Source of the DNA: Macrostomum lignano
Lineage: Eukaryota
NCBI GenBank assembly: GCA_002269645.1
Contig: NIVC01000587.1
Location: forward strand, 1-64,000
Length of the DNA stretch: 64,000 nucleotides
Reading direction: 5' to 3'
Shown here: positions 51,580 through 64,000 of the stretch, one piece after another
Layout of the letters: every line of letters begins with the position of its first letter
Numbering within the stretch: position 1 is the first letter of the stretch
Translations under genes and position numbers: made by a program
Notes under the pieces: generated by a model
Databases searched by the model: none
Seen by the model: the letters and a program-made list of their open reading frames with translations, nothing else
Told to the model about the DNA's origin: nothing

Positions 51580-54431
51580 GAGTAAGCAGTCGCCAAACTT
51601 CTGACGCGCCCGCGGTCCTGAGCGACTTTTCTAGCAGTGCCCTGGCATCGATATTGCAAAAAGAGAAAGAAATGACAACAAAAAGTCTGGCCCCGGCCTG
51701 TTGCTGCAATGCAGCTTTTCTCTCCTCCTTGCGGCGCCGCGGAGGGGAAGCTACGCAGGAGAAGGGAATAGGCTAGACTGCACGCTGCAGTGCGCAATGG
51801 ACCAGGGGAAGGTCACAGTCCGGACAGGGGATTGCGCAGTGCCAGCACCGGGATCAAGGAATGCTCGATCGTCTGCTGACCCCCCCCCCTCCAGCCCCAG
51901 CCCTTCACCAGTTGGCTGTAGGTGGAGACGGAAAGTCAAGGACGCTGCAGGATGCTGAAGCTGCATGGGCGAGCGAGCCAACCAAGCGTGCGAATGTTGG
52001 TACAGGTCGTAGAGAGGAGGCGGCAGCAGCTGAGGTCTGCACTGTTACTGGAAGGAATTTTCCTGCAGACTATGGGGTTTGGGCAGTCCGAATACCGATG
52101 CGTCACTGCACAGTCTGCGTCACTGCAGCTGCTGCATGCTACTGTTCCCGATTGCGAAGCCGCTTGCTTGCATGGGGATTGAATTCGGGCAGTGCGCCCT
52201 GCTGGGGAGGGTCATCCCAAATTGGTAGATCCCCGCCTTAGCTTAATGGGAGAATTTGGTAGCTAATTGCAGATTTTTTCGGATAAAATGACTCGAAACC
52301 TATTTATTGACGAACGACGGTGGGCACCAATGTTGATCCAACGGATGCGGGAACACTGGGTAAGATCTGACCGTTTGTTAACCTAGCTACTTAAAACAAA
52401 TATGCAATATATGAGACAGAACCCTTAGTTCTTACCGGCCTCCATCTCATTTCTAAGAAAATCAAGTGTAACGCCTTTTTACCTCAGCTGCCTATGGTAA
52501 ATTTCCACGCGTAAAATCAAAAGCGCCCACTTAACAATCGGTCATCTGACAGCATCCACTTTAAAGTACAATGCCAGCTATACTGTAAGTGGCGCGCAGC
52601 AGCCAGACAAAAAGCAGAATAATAGAATTGCAGCGAGAGCAGCAGCTGTAGAAAGCGATCCATTATTCCCCATCGTGCATTTAAGCTATAGCGACTGTGC
52701 ATGTTACGTCTATGGATACAGCCAGCGCGACCTATACTGTCTCTGAATTTTACTGAACTGTGTAACCGCCAGTTCAATCCGATCCATCACTAGTCAGACC
52801 GCAGCAGCCTGCGCGGCCTCATAAGGGAGGTCAAAAGTGGCTTCTTCAGCTATACACAACCGCGTCTGTTGAACACAATGACAATAAAAATTCCTCATTT
52901 AACTGGCAGCGCGGCGTCCAAAAGTTCAGCCCGTCTGGCTTCTGGCCAATTTGTTGGGCAAAAACTTTAGCTAAGGCTAAGGCTGGAATGATTAAAAAAT
53001 TCCATAAGCAGACAGAAAGAATTGCAGCCCTGTGCATGTCCGCATTGCTGGGAAAGTAAACAAATTGGAATATTCTCTAAGGGGTAAAGGAAATTCGCTT
53101 TTAAGCTACTGTTAGTAGCTTCCGTTCCAGAAAATTCCTGAGATTTAGTTGAGGCACCTTTTAATAACCAAGGAGCACTTGAGCTATTCGTTATTTTCCT
53201 CTGCCAAAGTATTCAGTAAATAGATTCTCTTTGACAATGTGAGATTTCGACTTTATGAAACGCCTCCGTTACAACAAAACCCTCCAAAGTCCTGGTTCAA
53301 ATCAATCTTGAAAGGTTAAACGATCAAAGTACAATTAATAGCTATTACTATGCATATACATAATATATCTGTGTAACGAGAAATAAAATGGAATTTCTAC
53401 ACAATAACTCCGCAAGTATATTTGCTTAAAATTATGCTTAAAAGCTGATACATACTACTTTACTCGTACGCACAAATGTAATAAACGTACAATGCACGAG
53501 TCTAGAAGTGCGTTTAAATATAAAAAAATGCCATTATAATAATCAGACAATGACATACTACTAGCCTATAATCAACAATGAAAACAAATACCGTACGAAG
53601 AAACAAGTGTTTAAATTTAACTATAATAAAAGTTGCTGAGTTGAGAACTGTGAAAATTAAGAGAGCATTAGGAACCTGATTTTAACACTTGAAGCGATAC
53701 GGCACGTTAAAATGTGTCATCCAGTTTAGTACTTATTTTTCAATACAATCACACTATACCAACTATACCAGCTATACCAACTGTAACGTTACTGTTTACT
53801 AACTATCATAAATACAAAATACTAATTCATATAATCCTGGGCTGGATGTTCGTCCCGAATCGGGGAAAACCGGCTGAGTCCGGTTTCCTCTTGCCCCTTG
53901 TGCCCCTCTCTGCCCCCTTGGCCTGGCCTCCAAAATAGAGCTGGATAGGCGATGCCCTTGTGGCTTGCAGCCCTATAGGAGGATTTGTGCGGTTGCCTAC
54001 CTGATAGGAGACTCGCCCTCGGATACAAGCCTTCTAGACTCACTCCAAAATTAAGCCATTTCCGTAGACTTTAGGATATTCCCTGCTCTCGGACCGCTTT
54101 CTAACATATTTCATTCCAATTCTTTTTTCGCGCACTCCCGGGATTTGTCTGCTGGGTGGTGGTCTGGGTGGATTCGGTCCTTGCACCGTCCCTGATTTCA
54201 CTAATATTGTGTTGGCGGTGTCTTAGTCCATAGGCTTGGGTTAGTAGCCCCAATATGCCCCCCTGGCCTTGACGTCGGGGTCCAATCAGGCGGGTATCTC
54301 GGGCTTTATGCCCCTGGTAGTGCCCCTCAGCGGCAGAGCCCCTCTCAGGGCTGATCCGCGGGTAGCCCCCAGCTTCCCACCCCCGTTTAACAACAATCAT
54401 ATAATCGTAGTTCATAGAGCGCTTTGGATCA

Positions 54432-54915
54432 CGGAAGGGTAGCACACTCGCACCAGAAAGGATCAGGAAGGGTAGCACACTCGCTCCAGAAAGGATCAGG
54501 AAGGGTAGCACACATGCACCAGAAAGGATCAGGAAGGGTAGCACACTCGCTCAAGAAAGGATCAGGAAGGGTAGCACACTCGCTCAAGAAAGGATCAGGA
54601 AGGGTAGCACAGTCGCTCCAGAAAGGATCAGGAAGGGTAGCACACTCGCTCAAGAAAGGATCAGGAAGGGTAGCACACTCGCTCAAGAAAGGATCAGGAA
54701 GGGTAGCACAGTCGCTCCAGAAAGGATCAGGAAGGGTAGCACACTCGCTCAAGAAAGGATCAGGAAGGGTAGCACACTCGCTCAAGAAAGGATCAGGAAG
54801 GGTAGCACACTCGCTCAAGAAAGGATCAGGAAGGGTAGCACAGTCGCTTCAGAAAGGATAGGGAAGGATAGCACAGTCGCTCCAGAAAGGATAGGGAAGG
54901 ACAGCACACTCCAGA
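54432..54915. repeat. 33-bp minisatellite AGGAAGGGTAGCACACTCGCTCAAGAAAGGATC
   Basis: About 14 copies downstream of C2orf76. Confidence 0.94.
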
Positions 54916-55046
54916 AAGGGTCAAGAAAAGATTGAGGATTAAAAGGAAACGCAAGTCTAATTAACTGAAAGATGAAATTGTTGAAAGAAAACAATAGACG
55001 CATTTGATAACGCAGCCGTCAGTAGTTAAGATCGCCATTCCCAAAG

Positions 55047-55430
55047 CTACCACTTGAAATCCGTGACTGGGTTGGCTTTGTACGCGCAATATTCGCTCTG
55101 ATTAAAGTAGGACAGCTCCGCCTCGTGAACTAAGCCGCAGCTGGACAAGGTGGCCGAATCGTCGCTCAGAGTCAGCGCCTCATCATTGTCAACATTGACA
55201 ACTAGATCGTTAGGCTTGGCAGCCTGGGGTAGGCAATGAATTTTCAAAGTGTCAAAGTTGAACGATTTAAAAGTTGGCGGCAGCGACCTGCTTGTTGCTA
55301 TGGCGTTGCGAATAGCGCCTTTTAGTTCGGCTACAGTCAGCTTATCCAGGTCAAGCGAGTGCAGCACCAAGTTGCGCACATTCTTGAACTCAAAGGATCG
55401 AATCAAGCGGACAGTCAATGTTGACGTCAT
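55047..55430 (-). CDS. C2orf76: UPF0538 / C2orf76 homologue (DUF2340, ubiquitin-like fold), 127 aa, single exon
   Basis: MTSTLTVRLIRSFEFKNVRNLVLH...FDTLKI...KPNDLVVNVDND...ELSYFN...Y-ANPVTDFKW matches the recalled family pattern and length. Confidence 0.88.
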   Translation of the reverse strand: MTSTLTVRLIRSFEFKNVRNLVLHSLDLDKLTVAELKGAIRNAIATSRSLPPTFKSFNFDTLKIHCLPQAAKPNDLVVNVDNDEALTLSDDSATLSSCGLVHEAELSYFNQSEYCAYKANPVTDFKW

Positions 55431-55868
55431 TTGGAGTGACACTGACAGGCCGGGCCAACACGCTGAAGCAATTAAGGATAAAGAAAAAAAAATAATAGCA
55501 GTTTGTTTTCAACTAAAATAACACGTTTTCTGTTGAAATGTAGTTGCAAACTGCAACTAGCCTAGCTGGGATAAAAAAGTAAAAAACTTTCTCTGTCCAG
55601 GTCACTTCATCCCTAGGAAACATTTTGTCCAGAAAGTTCATCTTTGAGTTATTGTCAAATTTGCAAAACTATAAAGATTAAATACAGGATAGCCTAAACA
55701 ACTTTCTAGGAATATACATATAGGCTAAACTCAAAGGCCCATCAGCTTATTGTTTGTTTTTAAATACGAGCTACTTGAGAATTTAATACCATTTGACATA
55801 CATTACCAATTTGAAGCTAGCTACAGTCAAACTTAGTTAAAAAGGATCACTAAAAAACAATAAAAGTA

Positions 55869-56060
55869 GGGTTGTAGCCTAGTGGTTAGAGCATTGGACT
55901 CTCAATTGAAAGGTTGATTAAATTCTTGACCCACTCTGAACAATGCTGTGTCCTTGAGCAAGACACTTAACTCTGCATTGCTTCAGTTCAACTAGCTGTA
56001 AAATGGTTGCCAGCATTAGCTAGGGTAATTGAGGGAGTGTGTGGCGACCCCCTAGTCCTT
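55869..56060 (+). mobile_element. Same SINE family, 3'-truncated copy
   Basis: GGGTTGTAGCCTAGTGGTTAG head and GTGTCCTTGAGCAAGACACTTAACTCTGCATTGCTTCAG core, homologous to 50850-51166. Confidence 0.72.
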
Positions 56061-56402
56061 CTGAGCCTCTTGAGCTCATTTTTGAGATGCATTCATTTAC
56101 TAAAAAATGAATCCTCCCAACCCTATATTTTCAAGCAAATTTGGCAGTTTTGAAAATGTAAAAAATGTATACAATGTTTGACAATCTGTATCTTTGTAAT
56201 TGTATGTACTAAACATGTAAACTATATGTCTGAAAGATCTTCTATTTATCTATTTTTCAATGAATATAAGCACATTGCCATAGGCCTATCTGAAATATTC
56301 AAAAATATTAGCCATCTAAAGAAGACCACTTTTTTTACATTTTTTTCATTTTTGCACATACTAAAAATAGGCTAACTGGATACTATAATTATATAAACTT
56401 AA

Positions 56403-59392
56403 CAAGCTGTTGAAACCCGCGGATTTTGAACCCGGGGAATTCCAATCCCCGGAACTACTTTTGCATGTATTCTGAAATCTAAGGCCATACACAAACAAAT
56501 TAATGCTAGTGGGATAGAGGTAGACATAAAATGGAGCACATTCGTGTAAAATTAGGGTTTGAGGCAAACGTTGATATTGTTTGCTGGGGTACTCCACAGA
56601 ATGCCAGGCAATGTCTGTCTGACTCTAAAACATGTATTGGCAAACTCTGGCCTCTCCCTGACTCTCCCTTATGTCCCTTGGATCCTTTAAAATTTCTATC
56701 GTCTCTCTGTTTCCTTTATTCTCTCTCATCCCTCGTCTCTCGTCTCTCCTCTCTCCTCTCTTCTCTCGTATCTTCCCTCATCTCTCTTCTCTTTCATCTC
56801 TCTTATCTCATCTCTTCCCTATTCTTTTCTCTCTCCTCTCCTCTCTCCTTTCTACTTTTGGTTTTCTCTCTGCTCTCCTCTCTCCTCTCTACTCTCGTTT
56901 TCTCTCTGCTCTCCTCTCTCCTCTCTACTCTCCTCTCTCCTCTCTACTCTCGTTTTCTCTCTCCTCTCCTCTCTCCTCTCTCCCATCTTCTTTCGTATAT
57001 TCCCTCATCTTTCTTCTCTTTCATATCTCTTATCTCATCTCCTCCCTCTTCTTTTCTCTCTGCTCTCCTCTCTCCTCTCTCCTCTTTCGTTTTCTCTCTC
57101 CTCTCCTCTCTCCCATCTTCTTTCGTATATTCCCTCATCTTTCTTCTCTTTCATATCTCTTATCCCATCTCTTCCCTCTTCTTTTCTCTCTCCTCTCCTC
57201 ACTCCTCTCTACTTTTTTGTTTTCTCCCTCCTCTCCTCTCTCCTCTCTCCCCCTCTTCTCTCGTCTCTTCCTTGTCCTCTCTATTCTTTTCACTCTTCTC
57301 TTAACTCTCTCCTCTACTCTCTCATCTCTCCTCTCTACTCTTTCCTCTCTCTCTCTCTCCTCTCTCCCCTCTTCTCTCGTCTCTTCCCTCACCTCTTTCC
57401 TCTCTCTCTTTCCTCTAATCTCTTTTCTTGTTTTATCTCTTCTCTCTCCCCTCGTCGCTCGTCTCTTCCCTCACCTCTCTTCTCTCTCGTCCGCTCTTTC
57501 ATCTCTCCTTTCTCTTCTTTTATCTCTTCTCTCTTATCTCTCCTCTGTTCTCTCTACTCTCCCATCTCTCGTCTGTTTATCTGCTCTCTCATCTGTCATC
57601 TTTACTCTCTTATACGTTCTCCCACTTATCTCCTCTGTACTCTTCTCTTTCACCTCTTCTGACTCCTCTCTTTCCTTACTCCTTTCTTCTTTTCTACTCC
57701 TATACTCTCTCTCCTCTATTATCTTCTCTCGTCTCTCTGCACTCTCCTCTCACCTTTTTCATCTCTCATCTCTTCTTTCATCTGTCTCATCTCTACAATC
57801 TCATCTCTTTTCTCTCTCCTCCTCTTCCCTTTACTCTCTCATCTCTCCTTTCTCCCCTCTTCTTTCACCACTCTCTTATCTCTATCTCTTCTCTTCTCAC
57901 TCCTCTCTCCCCCTCTTATCTCCTCTCTTCTCTATCCTTTCTACTCTCTCCTCTTTAATCTCTCCTCTCCTCTTGACCCTCTGTCATCTTCTTTCTGCTC
58001 TCTCATCTCTACTCTCTTCTCAATCTTCTCTACTCTCCTCTCTCATCGATCCTCTGTCTCATCTCTCCCCTCTTCTCACCTTTACTCTTTCCTCTCCTTC
58101 CTTTCTCCCCTCCTCTCGCTTCTTCCTCCCTTCTTCTCTGCTCTCTCCTCACCACTTTTACTTTTCACTCTCATCTGGCCCGCAGCCATGAGCTGGATTC
58201 TTTATCTGGCCTTTGAGATAAAAATCTGCCAATCCCTGCTTCGAAAGTACTATCATGGGACGCAGTACCATCATAGTTGTTATCATTTCTCATGATTTAA
58301 TCACGTCATCTTTCTGGCCAATTAGCAGCCCTGAGAGGAATTTGTGTATCTCCATTCTCCAGCTCCACCACCACAGTCTGCAGCAGTCTAACAACCAAGG
58401 AAATGCATATTTCTTAGGAGGCCATTTAAATTTTAAAGTTACCTTATGCGAATCTCAATGTTAAAATTTTCATGGTGTAACTAATTTAGTAGGATTGCAT
58501 TGTAATCAGTTATTCATTAATTTTTAAATATTTTTATAAACCATCCCACATTGCCTTGATTTGCCATCCTTGTTCAACTGCTGCGACTTGTCTATACAGA
58601 GGACAGTAGTTTGAATCTCTGCTAAACTTTCTCCTCTCTACGCCTCTCCACTCGCGGGGGTACAGAGAAGGCTATTAAAAAGTTATTCCAAAACACTGTA
58701 CATTCGCTATGTACATTGAGCCCTATTGCCTGATCCTTCGTCTGGGGGAATGAGTTGGATGAGCGGCAAACAACAGAAAAAGCAGACAAACTTCACATGC
58801 TTACAGTTTCTTTTTCGGTTGAGTTACAGAGTTGAAACTTTACATTTAGACAGAGAATGGGTCAATGAAGAATTGTGTCAAGTTTGAAGTCAAACACTTT
58901 ACGTGGAGCAAACTTATGGCAGCTTAAAGTTAGTCAATTTTGAAACCCTTTTACACATCTGGGCCCAGATCGGGAAAGAGAGGCAGGCGGGCGGAGGTTG
59001 GGGTGGTTGCTACGCTGAAAAAAACAGCCTAACTTTAAAAGTGCACATCGGCTTTCAGGATTAACTTTAAGATTTGAAATTTTACACGATTGTGTCAAAA
59101 TAGTTTAAAATTGCCTGTGTCAAATTTGAAGAGAATCGGTAGAAGTGGAGCGGCGCTATGGAGGATTTAATGAAAAAATTGCGCATTTTGAGCAGTTTTT
59201 TGCACTTTTAGGTAGGAAGACTCAAATTTAGGAAATTAAAAGGTAGCCTAAGACATTCTCCGTAGTAAGTTTAGGGTGGGTGTAAAGTTTGGTGTCATTT
59301 GGTTGAGCGGTTTGGGAGTCCATAGCGATCAAAATTGTCCACACACAGACACACACATAGACACACAGAGTTTTGATTTTTATAGTTAGAGA
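56403..59392 (-). mobile_element. Non-autonomous Helitron-like element copy 2 with internal ~1.5-kb CT-rich tract
   Basis: Minus strand begins A|TCTC and ends with an imperfect GC hairpin CCCGGGTTCAAAATCCGCGGG, then 13 nt ending CTTG|T. Homologous to 30075-32471 with about 400 bp extra near 58680-59100. Confidence 0.62.
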
Positions 59393-59640
59393 TTTGTAAT
59401 AAAAGTTTCAATATTTTTAGCTTAGGCCTATACTTAAGAAGGTTAGTTACTGATAAGGCCTATGCCAGATATTTCTAGCATATTAGGCCTATCCAATTTA
59501 GCCATTTTAGAAAACCACTTTAGCATATTATTCAAGTTTAAGGTATTTTTTTAATATACAAGAATTTTTCAACAACAACAATTATATTTAACAATAATTA
59601 TATATAACTAAAGATATTGGCAATCTTTCAGTAGGGCCTA

Positions 59641-60015
59641 CCCCTATAAATTCCAAACATTTCTTAAACTAAAAATGATTTTTCAAGTAAATGTGGCTCA
59701 CAATCTTTCAGGCTAAAGTGAGGCTGATTTTAAAGAAAATTTGTTTGAATAATTAATATATAAAGTATATTCAAGTCATTAAGCCTGGTCAATCAGACAT
59801 GATTATTGATTGGCTTATCCTCAATTAAAAGTATAGCAAAAGTATCAGTGATTACTATACAATAATCAAAATGAAATTTAGCATTATAATTATATTTAAA
59901 CAAATTTACTTTTAAAAAAGCTAATTTTTCTTTAGCTTATGGTGAAAGATAATTCCTTAAACTTACTTGAAATATCATTTTTAGGTGAAAAAATCATTTT
60001 TGGAATTTAAGGGGG
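59641..60015. mobile_element. Foldback-type MITE with long imperfect TIRs, flanked by TA
   Basis: Left end TA|CCCCTATAAATTCCAAA...CTAAAAATGATTTTTCAAGTAA. Right end TTACTTGAAATATCATTTTTAG...TTTGGAATTTAAGGGGG|TA. Inverted similarity continues for more than 100 bp. Confidence 0.6.
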
Positions 60016-63000
60016 TACAGATTACAGAAGGATCACCAAAATATGTATATAATATAAATTCTTTTTTGACATGACTTCTGCAATGATATAACCAAAACTA
60101 GAGGATGGCTACTGAGTGCTATGATGTCCCCTTATCTGGCACTAGTGCCCCCACAATTTACCCCCTATAAAGTCCCAGCAAAGCATCTGAAACTAAATCA
60201 AAATCATATTGTTACTTAAAAATGTAATATGCAATTCAGGAAATATTTTTTATGGAAAACAAAAAATGGTTAGGCCTATCTTACATTTTATGCTGTATTG
60301 TAAGAATAGCAAAATAACTATTAATAACTATTAAAAAACAGCTATAACTATTTGTATGGTCAACTTAACAATAAACTGCCTTGGGCACAATGATGAGGCA
60401 GCTAGGCTGGACCGGGCCTTTAAGATTTTCGCAGAAACGGATTTACCATTTAATTAAAAAGTCATTGACCAGTTCGAGAGTTTTAGCTCTCCTATATGTT
60501 CATACCTGAATTGGTGTGGTGCATTTATACTGCATTATTTTTTGTGTGATTACCCTAGAAAATTTCCTTTGTTACTTTGTTACTTTGTTAGGATCCTTTG
60601 AGATTTTTCTGTTTTTTTAAATGTGATCATCGCATAAATGCATGGCTCGCGCGCGGAGCCCTGAGAAGTTGTTTTTATGTTGAGCAACTTGAACCGCACT
60701 TTAAGAATTCGTAAATTAAGCTAGTCTGTGTCTGTCTACATCATACCTACTAGTGCGTAGGGCCTAATGAGTATGGATCCGGTAGTGGTATTCTGGCAGT
60801 GCAATTTATGGATAGGCCTAATATAGTATAAACATTATACTTTTTATCGGGTGGTGGATAGGGGCCTTTTGAGATTTTGTTCCTGAATTAAGATGAGATC
60901 AGGAGTCAGGACCAAATGATGACTTTCGAAACGAGATACATCTAATATTCAAACACTAAATTAGTAGATAACTGCCTGCAGCTGCAGGAGGCACTGCTGG
61001 ATCCATAGCCATTAGATAATAAGAGATAAGTTCTGGTGCCAGAACTTTAGGCCTAGCCATTGCCAAACAAATGTTCTTTTGGAATGCTTATGTAATAGGC
61101 CCTAGTTTATAGTAGGCTATTTTGCTTGTTTGGTACTAGAATAGCCTAGTAATTGCCTAGGCTTACTAGTGCAATATTCCTACCATTTAATTGTATAGAT
61201 CATTATAGTAGGCCTAGCCAGCTAGCCTACTTCATTTGGTAACACATTGGCACTATCCAAATAGAGTTAACCTTGGTAGACATAGATATTGTCATGTTCA
61301 ACAGCCATTCTGGTTGCAATAGGCCTAGTAAAATATGCTTTAGAATTAGAAAACTTTATGAATTATATTTTGGAAGATTTAAATTTAAAAAATACTTTTT
61401 GAATTTTTTTCTCTTTATCATTTATCATATAACAATACCTATATATATAACATAATTCTAAAAGAATTATAATATATAAGAATGCTAGTAGAATAAGGTC
61501 TATTATTCTAGGCCTATTGTAATTTATCAATATATAAACTTTGTATTTTGCAAAACTTTTTGATTTACTTTTAATGTCAATGTTAAAAAAAAGTAAAATT
61601 AAATTTTTAAATTATAAAAATTTTAATTTGCTAAATAGGCCTAATAATAAATTATTAAGAACCAAGTTTAAAGTCATAGTTAGATAAAGGCCTAGATAGG
61701 CCTAGCCTTTTCATAGAAAATTCTAGTACTAAAAAGGTTGAACATGCACTATCCTAATGTATTCTAGCATAACAGCAAACAAGAGAAAAAATATAGTGCA
61801 AAATAATACAAGACAAAAAGTTTTTGCATGATAATAATTAATAATATTTTGTTGACAGAAAATTAGTGCTAATATAGTGTTATATAGGTGGCTTTTTCAG
61901 TTAAAATATGTCAAAATTATAGTTTCTATAAAACAGATTTAAATACAAATTTTATTTGTATTTTTCTAAATGAAAATACTAATAAGTAGGCAGTAGGTAG
62001 CAGCACTTGGAAGACTTTACTCAAAGACTAAAAGTTAAGAAAACAAAATGGTTATAAAAACTAAGATGTTATGTTTTTTTGACAAAAAATATTTAGCACA
62101 TAGCAGAAGCAACTGTATTTAATTTTTAATAGGAATAGTTCTGGTGCATAGTGCAAACAAACTTTTTTGATAGGATTTGTTCCAATGTACAATGCAAGCA
62201 AACTTTTTTTTATGATTTGCTTTAGCATAGTTGTTCTATAATCCTAAGATTATGGGTTTAACAAAAATAAAAAAGTAACAAAAATTGATTACAACCCATA
62301 CTCAGGAAGGTATCATATGTGTATAAGAATAATTTTTAGCATATTTTCAGAGTATGTACTATGCACCAAGGGGAAGTACAAATTTATACACTAAGGCCTA
62401 TAAAATATTCATTACTAACAAATGCATAGCTAGAGTACTATATACTTGTCGCAAAATTGCAGCTTGCTTTAATAGAATTCACTTTCTCCCTTTTCATTTT
62501 CTTCCATTCCCTGTGTGCCTAGTCCATCTTCTATCTGCCGCGCTCTACGTACTGTACATTCTTATCTTGTTTTCCAATTATCGATCGGTGAGTTTTTCAG
62601 TCAGCCCCCCTCTCTGTCTCGTTAGAGCATTTTTAGCCCTCGCCCTTCTTACCCATTTCTTCTTATCTTTTCTCTCCCCCCTCTCTCAACCACGTAAATA
62701 AATATACTTGTTTGGGCCCTGCACCCACTTACTAGCTCCTTATTCAATTTAACATCTAATTTAAACGTAGTGTGTTGTTTACTCTTATTATTTTCTCGAC
62801 AATACTAATGTAATGTATAATAGCCCAAAAAATCTAGTAAAATGCAAATTTAATCAAAAGCATTTTTATTTAAAATTCTATTGTTTATTTAGCTTATGTT
62901 GAAAATCGTCTAAATAAAATCAGCTAAAACTTTATAATAAAGTACCATTTTAAATTTAAAATTTTTGTTTAATTTACTAAAACAATTACGTAATTGACAT

Positions 63001-64000
63001 ACAAATTATATCTTGGAAAAATGTATATCAAAATGTATATTTCATGTCCTGCATACATAAATGATACATTTATGGTGACCAATCATACATGCACAACTGC
63101 TGGCCGATCTGGCCACCATAAATTGTGGTGGACCAGGGGTAAGTAGCAAAATGCCCATCCCAAATAATACAGATATAGTACTAATTAGATGACGAGGCAT
63201 TTAGCCCTTATAAGACAGTCAGAGTTACTCATGTTGTTTACCCAAAATTGTATTAATTTTGCTTTAGTGTTTCTTTCCCAGGTAAGTTGTATTTTTAGTC
63301 AAAAAGTAAGTTGCATGGCCAGTGTAAATCAGGGAGGTTGCAAATGTATGGTGACCAGTTATGAGCAAAATTTTCTGATCCTCTTTAGCTTTATACCCCT
63401 ATGCACTAAAATTTCTGCTAGGCTTTTGCTATGCATTGTGTGCATTAATTTGTGCACATTTTTGTTTATATATACCAGAATTGTCTGTTATTGTGTATAC
63501 CTTCCTGAGTTTAGATTATTACTAACAGTCTAAATTTAAAAAATCTTTTTTGCAGTTCTATTTTTTTGTGTAAAATTGAATATCTTTTTGTGATATTTTT
63601 GTCATTTTTCATGGAAAATCAAGGTTATTTATTTGGCATGTAGTTGGTAAGCATGGTGTGCAGTTAGTAAACATAGTTTGCAGTTGGCATACAAACAAAA
63701 AATTTCCTATTGTGCATTCCAGCATGCATTCAACATGATTGAGAGTACGGATTAACTGCAATAGTTTAAGCTTTTTCAAAATGCTAATAAGACTAGCATG
63801 GGTCTAATAGGCTTACTATGATATCTTTAATAAAAGAAATCTTGATATTATAGTATTGACAATATATGCTAATATATATGCTAGGATTGGTATAATATAA
63901 TAAGCCAAGAAAAATCACTGATTTACAATGTCAAAGTATTGCCTAGAATTTTAGATGAATTTAGAAGCATTTTAGCCCATTTTAACTGTTTTAAACATTT

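Noticed and set aside
60644-61047. Isolated GC palindromes (GGCTCGCGCGCGGAGCC; AGTTCTGGTGCCAGAACT)
   Set aside because: Single short hairpins with no associated element ends or repeats elsewhere in the window.
62354-63533. ORFs 62354-62701 and 63189-63533
   Set aside because: AT-rich, lacking the GC-rich codon style of the real exons, and with no recognisable domain.

Overview
Eukaryotic (animal) genomic DNA with GT-AG introns. Exon style and minisatellite-laden introns suggest an invertebrate, probably a Macrostomum-like flatworm (inference only). Five protein-coding genes were reconstructed by hand with phase-consistent splice sites. (1) A 5'-truncated TRPV channel of the Inactive/OSM-9 type (+, <1-9457). 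(2) A Shal/Kv4 potassium channel (-, 11341-26843, ~637 aa). (3) A type II PIP kinase, PIP4K2-like (+, 33016-36908, ~398 aa). (4) A heavily alternatively spliced tropomyosin (-, 40391-51579). (5) A single-exon UPF0538/C2orf76 homologue (-, 55047-55430). Most long introns carry their own mini- or microsatellite, and most long entries in the ORF track are artefacts of these arrays. Dispersed repeats are three hAT-type MITEs with 8-bp TSDs, two Helitron-like elements with long CT-rich tracts, three tRNA-headed CORE/Meta-like SINE copies and one foldback MITE. The most interesting signal is in the tropomyosin locus. Besides a short-form first exon, three upstream exons encode a ~399-aa low-complexity head spliced in frame onto the coiled coil, and a candidate low-complexity tail exon follows exon 4. 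This matches the architecture of the atypical, intermediate-filament-like Drosophila Tm1-I/C. The locus also has duplicated exon 8 and two terminal exons. Other oddities: a PIP4K lacking its glycine-rich loop, a TRPV with an in-frame ~250-aa Thr-alternating repeat tail and an N-terminal frame switch, and strong TAGGCCTA enrichment in the AT-rich gene-free end of the window.
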